Shown: positions 61,401 to 64,000 of the stretch, in pieces
Numbering within the stretch: position 1 is the first letter of the stretch
Layout of the letters: each line of letters begins with the position of its first letter
Assembly: GCA_963924565.1 (NCBI GenBank)
Contig: OZ004607.1
Coordinates: 25,110,001 to 25,174,000 of the forward strand
DNA: 64,000 bases
Reading direction: 5' to 3'
DNA from: Ascidiella aspersa
Taxonomy: Eukaryota
Program-made: the position numbers and the translations under genes
The notes under the pieces: generated by a model
What the model was told of the DNA's origin: nothing
Database searches by the model: none
Seen by the model: the letters and a program-made list of their open reading frames with translations, nothing else

Positions 61401-63927
61401 AATTGAGTTTTAATAGTTCCTGATTGGCTGTATCGTAACAAAATATATTATGTAAATTTTTGGTACGCAAAACCGTCGGAGAAGGGCTTGTGATGGTGAA
61501 TATTACTTAAATTTGTTTTATATTCAACCTTCTATAATAATTAACTCAGCCGTTACTATAACCACACTATACCACACTTTTTTATAGGTGTTTATAATTT
61601 AATAAGTTTTAGAAATTTAAAAAATTTCAAGTATAAAGTTCCAGACATAAAATAAAGTTACGAGAAATCTGTTCGTGATTGACATAAGTTAAATTAGGAC
61701 TTGAAATGATATTAATGATTTAAGGAACGTTGGCTATCTCGGATTTTTCACCTTCAACTTCAATAGTTCCAACTTGTACGGAAGTGTTTATGTAAATTGT
61801 ATCATCAGTGCATTGGTGGATATGGCGTCTGCTGTTGCAATGACGCTGCTAGCAAAGGCCAGAGGTCTTCGAATTTCAAACATGTTTTCTCTCGGCTTTT
61901 GTGGAATCATTGCCCTAGCCACTCCAACAATGTATAACAGTGAGTGGAGTCTATTAATTAATTATTAAGGCCCGTTTACACTACAGCTGCACTGAGCTGC
62001 ACTGAGCTGTACTGAGCTGCACTGAGCTGCGCTGGGCGTGAAATTGTTTTCACTACAGCTGCACTGAGCTGCGCTGGGCGTAAAAATCGCTCCAAACGTA
62101 ACGTGTTTCTATAGCTGCACTGGGCTTGAGTTTAGCAAAGCGTGAAAATCGCTCCAAAGCGTATTTTTAAGCTATAGCTGCAGCTGCTGCACAGGGCTTG
62201 AGTTTAGCAAAGCTTGAAACGCTCGACACAATAGAATTTAAATGCAAATTACGCTTTGCTCAGCTCAGTGCAGCTGTAGTGTAAACCGGCCTTAATAGGT
62301 CATCTTCATTGTATAAAACGACTTATTTCTGTCTAACTCAAAGGGTTAATGCGATCCGGCTTATTTTGTCGCTCTGCGTTGTTAAGCAATACGAGATACC
62401 TATAACAGTCCACTTGAGTCAGTGGTGAATCCAGGATTTTTGTTTAGGGAGATATTTAGGGTTCTAGACACGACATTAAAAATGACGCTAAAACGTTACG
62501 TCATGCGACTAGTAGCGTATAAATCCACGTGCGAAGTAAATGTTTTTTGTCCACTAAACTTTCAATTTAGAAGGAATGTACTGGCCACACAAGAATACGT
62601 ATTATTTAGCTTCCTTATATAAAAAATTAATAAAAAAGTCGAAAGGAAAACAAATAGCAATTTTTTTCGCTCTATATGCTCAAAGGAAAAATAAAGTTTT
62701 AATTTGACCGGACGATGCAATTAACTATGCTGTCAAAAGTTCCAGTTGTGTTGTGTTTGTGTATACGTCTTTTAGTCTAAACTTTAAGTCTATTCCTAAA
62801 TGTTAAACGCGTAGGAGCTAAACGAAAGGGTAAAGAATGTTCATTTAGTAATCAAAACCGACCATTTTCAGTTAATCCTTTGGCTGGCACCATAGGGGCG
62901 ATGGTGGCAAAGTTCTTCATCAGCACTTCGCTAAGTGTTACCATCCAGCAAACAGGAGAGTTGTTCCCAACCTTGCTAAGAAACACTGCCATGGGAATGT
63001 CTGCTACCTCTGCTAGGATCACATCGGCGTTTTCTCCCTTTCTTATTTATGCTGGTTTGTAGTAGGTTGGTTTATAAACAGTTTCGTTTCAAATTCGTTT
63101 CACAAGACAATAAATGGCGCAATTAGTTTTACCTAAAGCCTAAAAACAAAATACATATTTACAACTGGCCTAACGCTACCGATAAACCACTGAAAGGTAA
63201 ACTACCCAATTTAAAGCAGCGAAGGCCACTCAGAGACAAAACCAAGCGTTTTAGTGCATGGGTTTTAAACTGGGGTCCATGTACCCCTTGGGGGCCCGTG
63301 AATTAGTTTTATTGGATCCATTAAGGCCAAATTGAAATATTAGTGTATATTTAGGAAGTAATCATTTTTTTAAAGAAAAGAGTTTAATTAAAAATAAAAT
63401 GGTTTTGCACTGAATGTATCATTTCACTTTCACATATTTTGGGCCGAAATCAGCGTATTTCTGAAGTCTATTTGTTTTGTGACGTCATTTGTGAAATTTT
63501 CTTGCCTTCCGTGGTCACGCGAAGCAAAAAAAAAATTGGGGTCCGCGATAAAAAGTTTAAAAATCCCTAATATGGTGCTAAGCACGTATTTAAAAAAATG
63601 GTGTTAACTGCGCATTAGCTAAAAAAAGAAATACTGCTTAAGGCATCTAATTAAGGTGTTGTCCAAACATTACCAAACCTTTGCTGGACACTACATTTTT
63701 TTATTACAATTACAGATACGACAGTTGTTTGAAATGGTTTATTTCGAAAAGTTTAAACTTGTCTGTCGGATTGTATATACAGGTGAAATTTTTAACGCTG
63801 GCGTACCCTTCTACATTATGGGAATTGTATCTCTCCTTGGCGCCATTCTCTGTATGTTGCTGCCAGAAACCTTGGAGAGAGCCCTTCCTAGTTCGCTGGA
63901 GGATGCCTTAGCTCTTGAACAAAACAG
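58441..63927 (+). CDS. SLC22-family organic cation/carnitine-like MFS transporter (3' end beyond the window)
   Basis: 11 phase-compatible exons starting at 58441, 58702, 58851, 59536, 59735, 60606, 61043, 61217, 61725, 62872 and 63783. Motifs: HHC, C..WTYD...T.VSE|FNLVC, DRFGRK, DWRW, IPESPKW, ELFPTLLRNTAMG...AR, LPET...LP. Confidence 0.92.
61969..62291. mobile_element. TTAA-flanked MITE with long TIRs and internal 10-bp repeats (Kolobok or PIF/Harbinger-like)
   Basis: TIR of about 31 bp, GGCCCGTTTACACTACAGCTGCACTGAGCTG / CAGCTCAGTGCAGCTGTAGTGTAAACCGGCC, with TTAA on both sides and an internal (GCTGCACTGA)n array. Confidence 0.85.
63257..63569. mobile_element. hAT-type MITE (GGGGTCC family), copy 2
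   Basis: Collinear and homologous to 49494-49872. Confidence 0.7.
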
Positions 63928-64000
63928 GTTTGTTAAAACTGGCACATATTCGTTAAACGTCATACAGTTAAATCGCAATGCCAAAAAGACCAGAATGCCA

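Noticed and set aside
61725-61790. Apparent frameshift in SLC22 exon 9
   Set aside because: Recounting the T-run (GGA TTT TTC ACC) shows the frame is intact.

Overview
AT-rich eukaryotic genomic DNA with many short GT-AG introns. Gene content and compactness suggest an invertebrate chordate such as an ascidian, which is an inference. Four spliced genes can be assembled by hand. (1) 1343-15193 (+): at least 28 exons and at least 1216 aa, a PigC/rifampin-phosphotransferase/PEP-synthase-like protein with an intact frame but with essentially every catalytic motif substituted, including phospho-His to Gln, so probably a pseudoenzyme. (2) 16032-54216 (+): a giant PTPRQ-like R3 receptor phosphatase (signal peptide, FN3, C-type lectin, about 28 more FN3, furin site, TM, one PTP domain with WPD to WPV). 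(3) 39891-41029 (-): a three-exon Ly6/uPAR three-finger gene nested antisense in the largest PTPRQ intron. (4) 58441 to beyond 63927 (+): an SLC22 transporter running off the window. The introns carry several hAT-type MITEs with 8-bp TSDs. One MITE contains a nested 182-bp insertion with a 14-bp TSD that encodes a minimal hammerhead ribozyme (retrozyme/Penelope-like). A 62-bp tandem repeat at the catalytic-Cys exon of the phosphatase creates stacked mini-introns with AG|GT junctions. No CRISPR, rRNA or tRNA was found.
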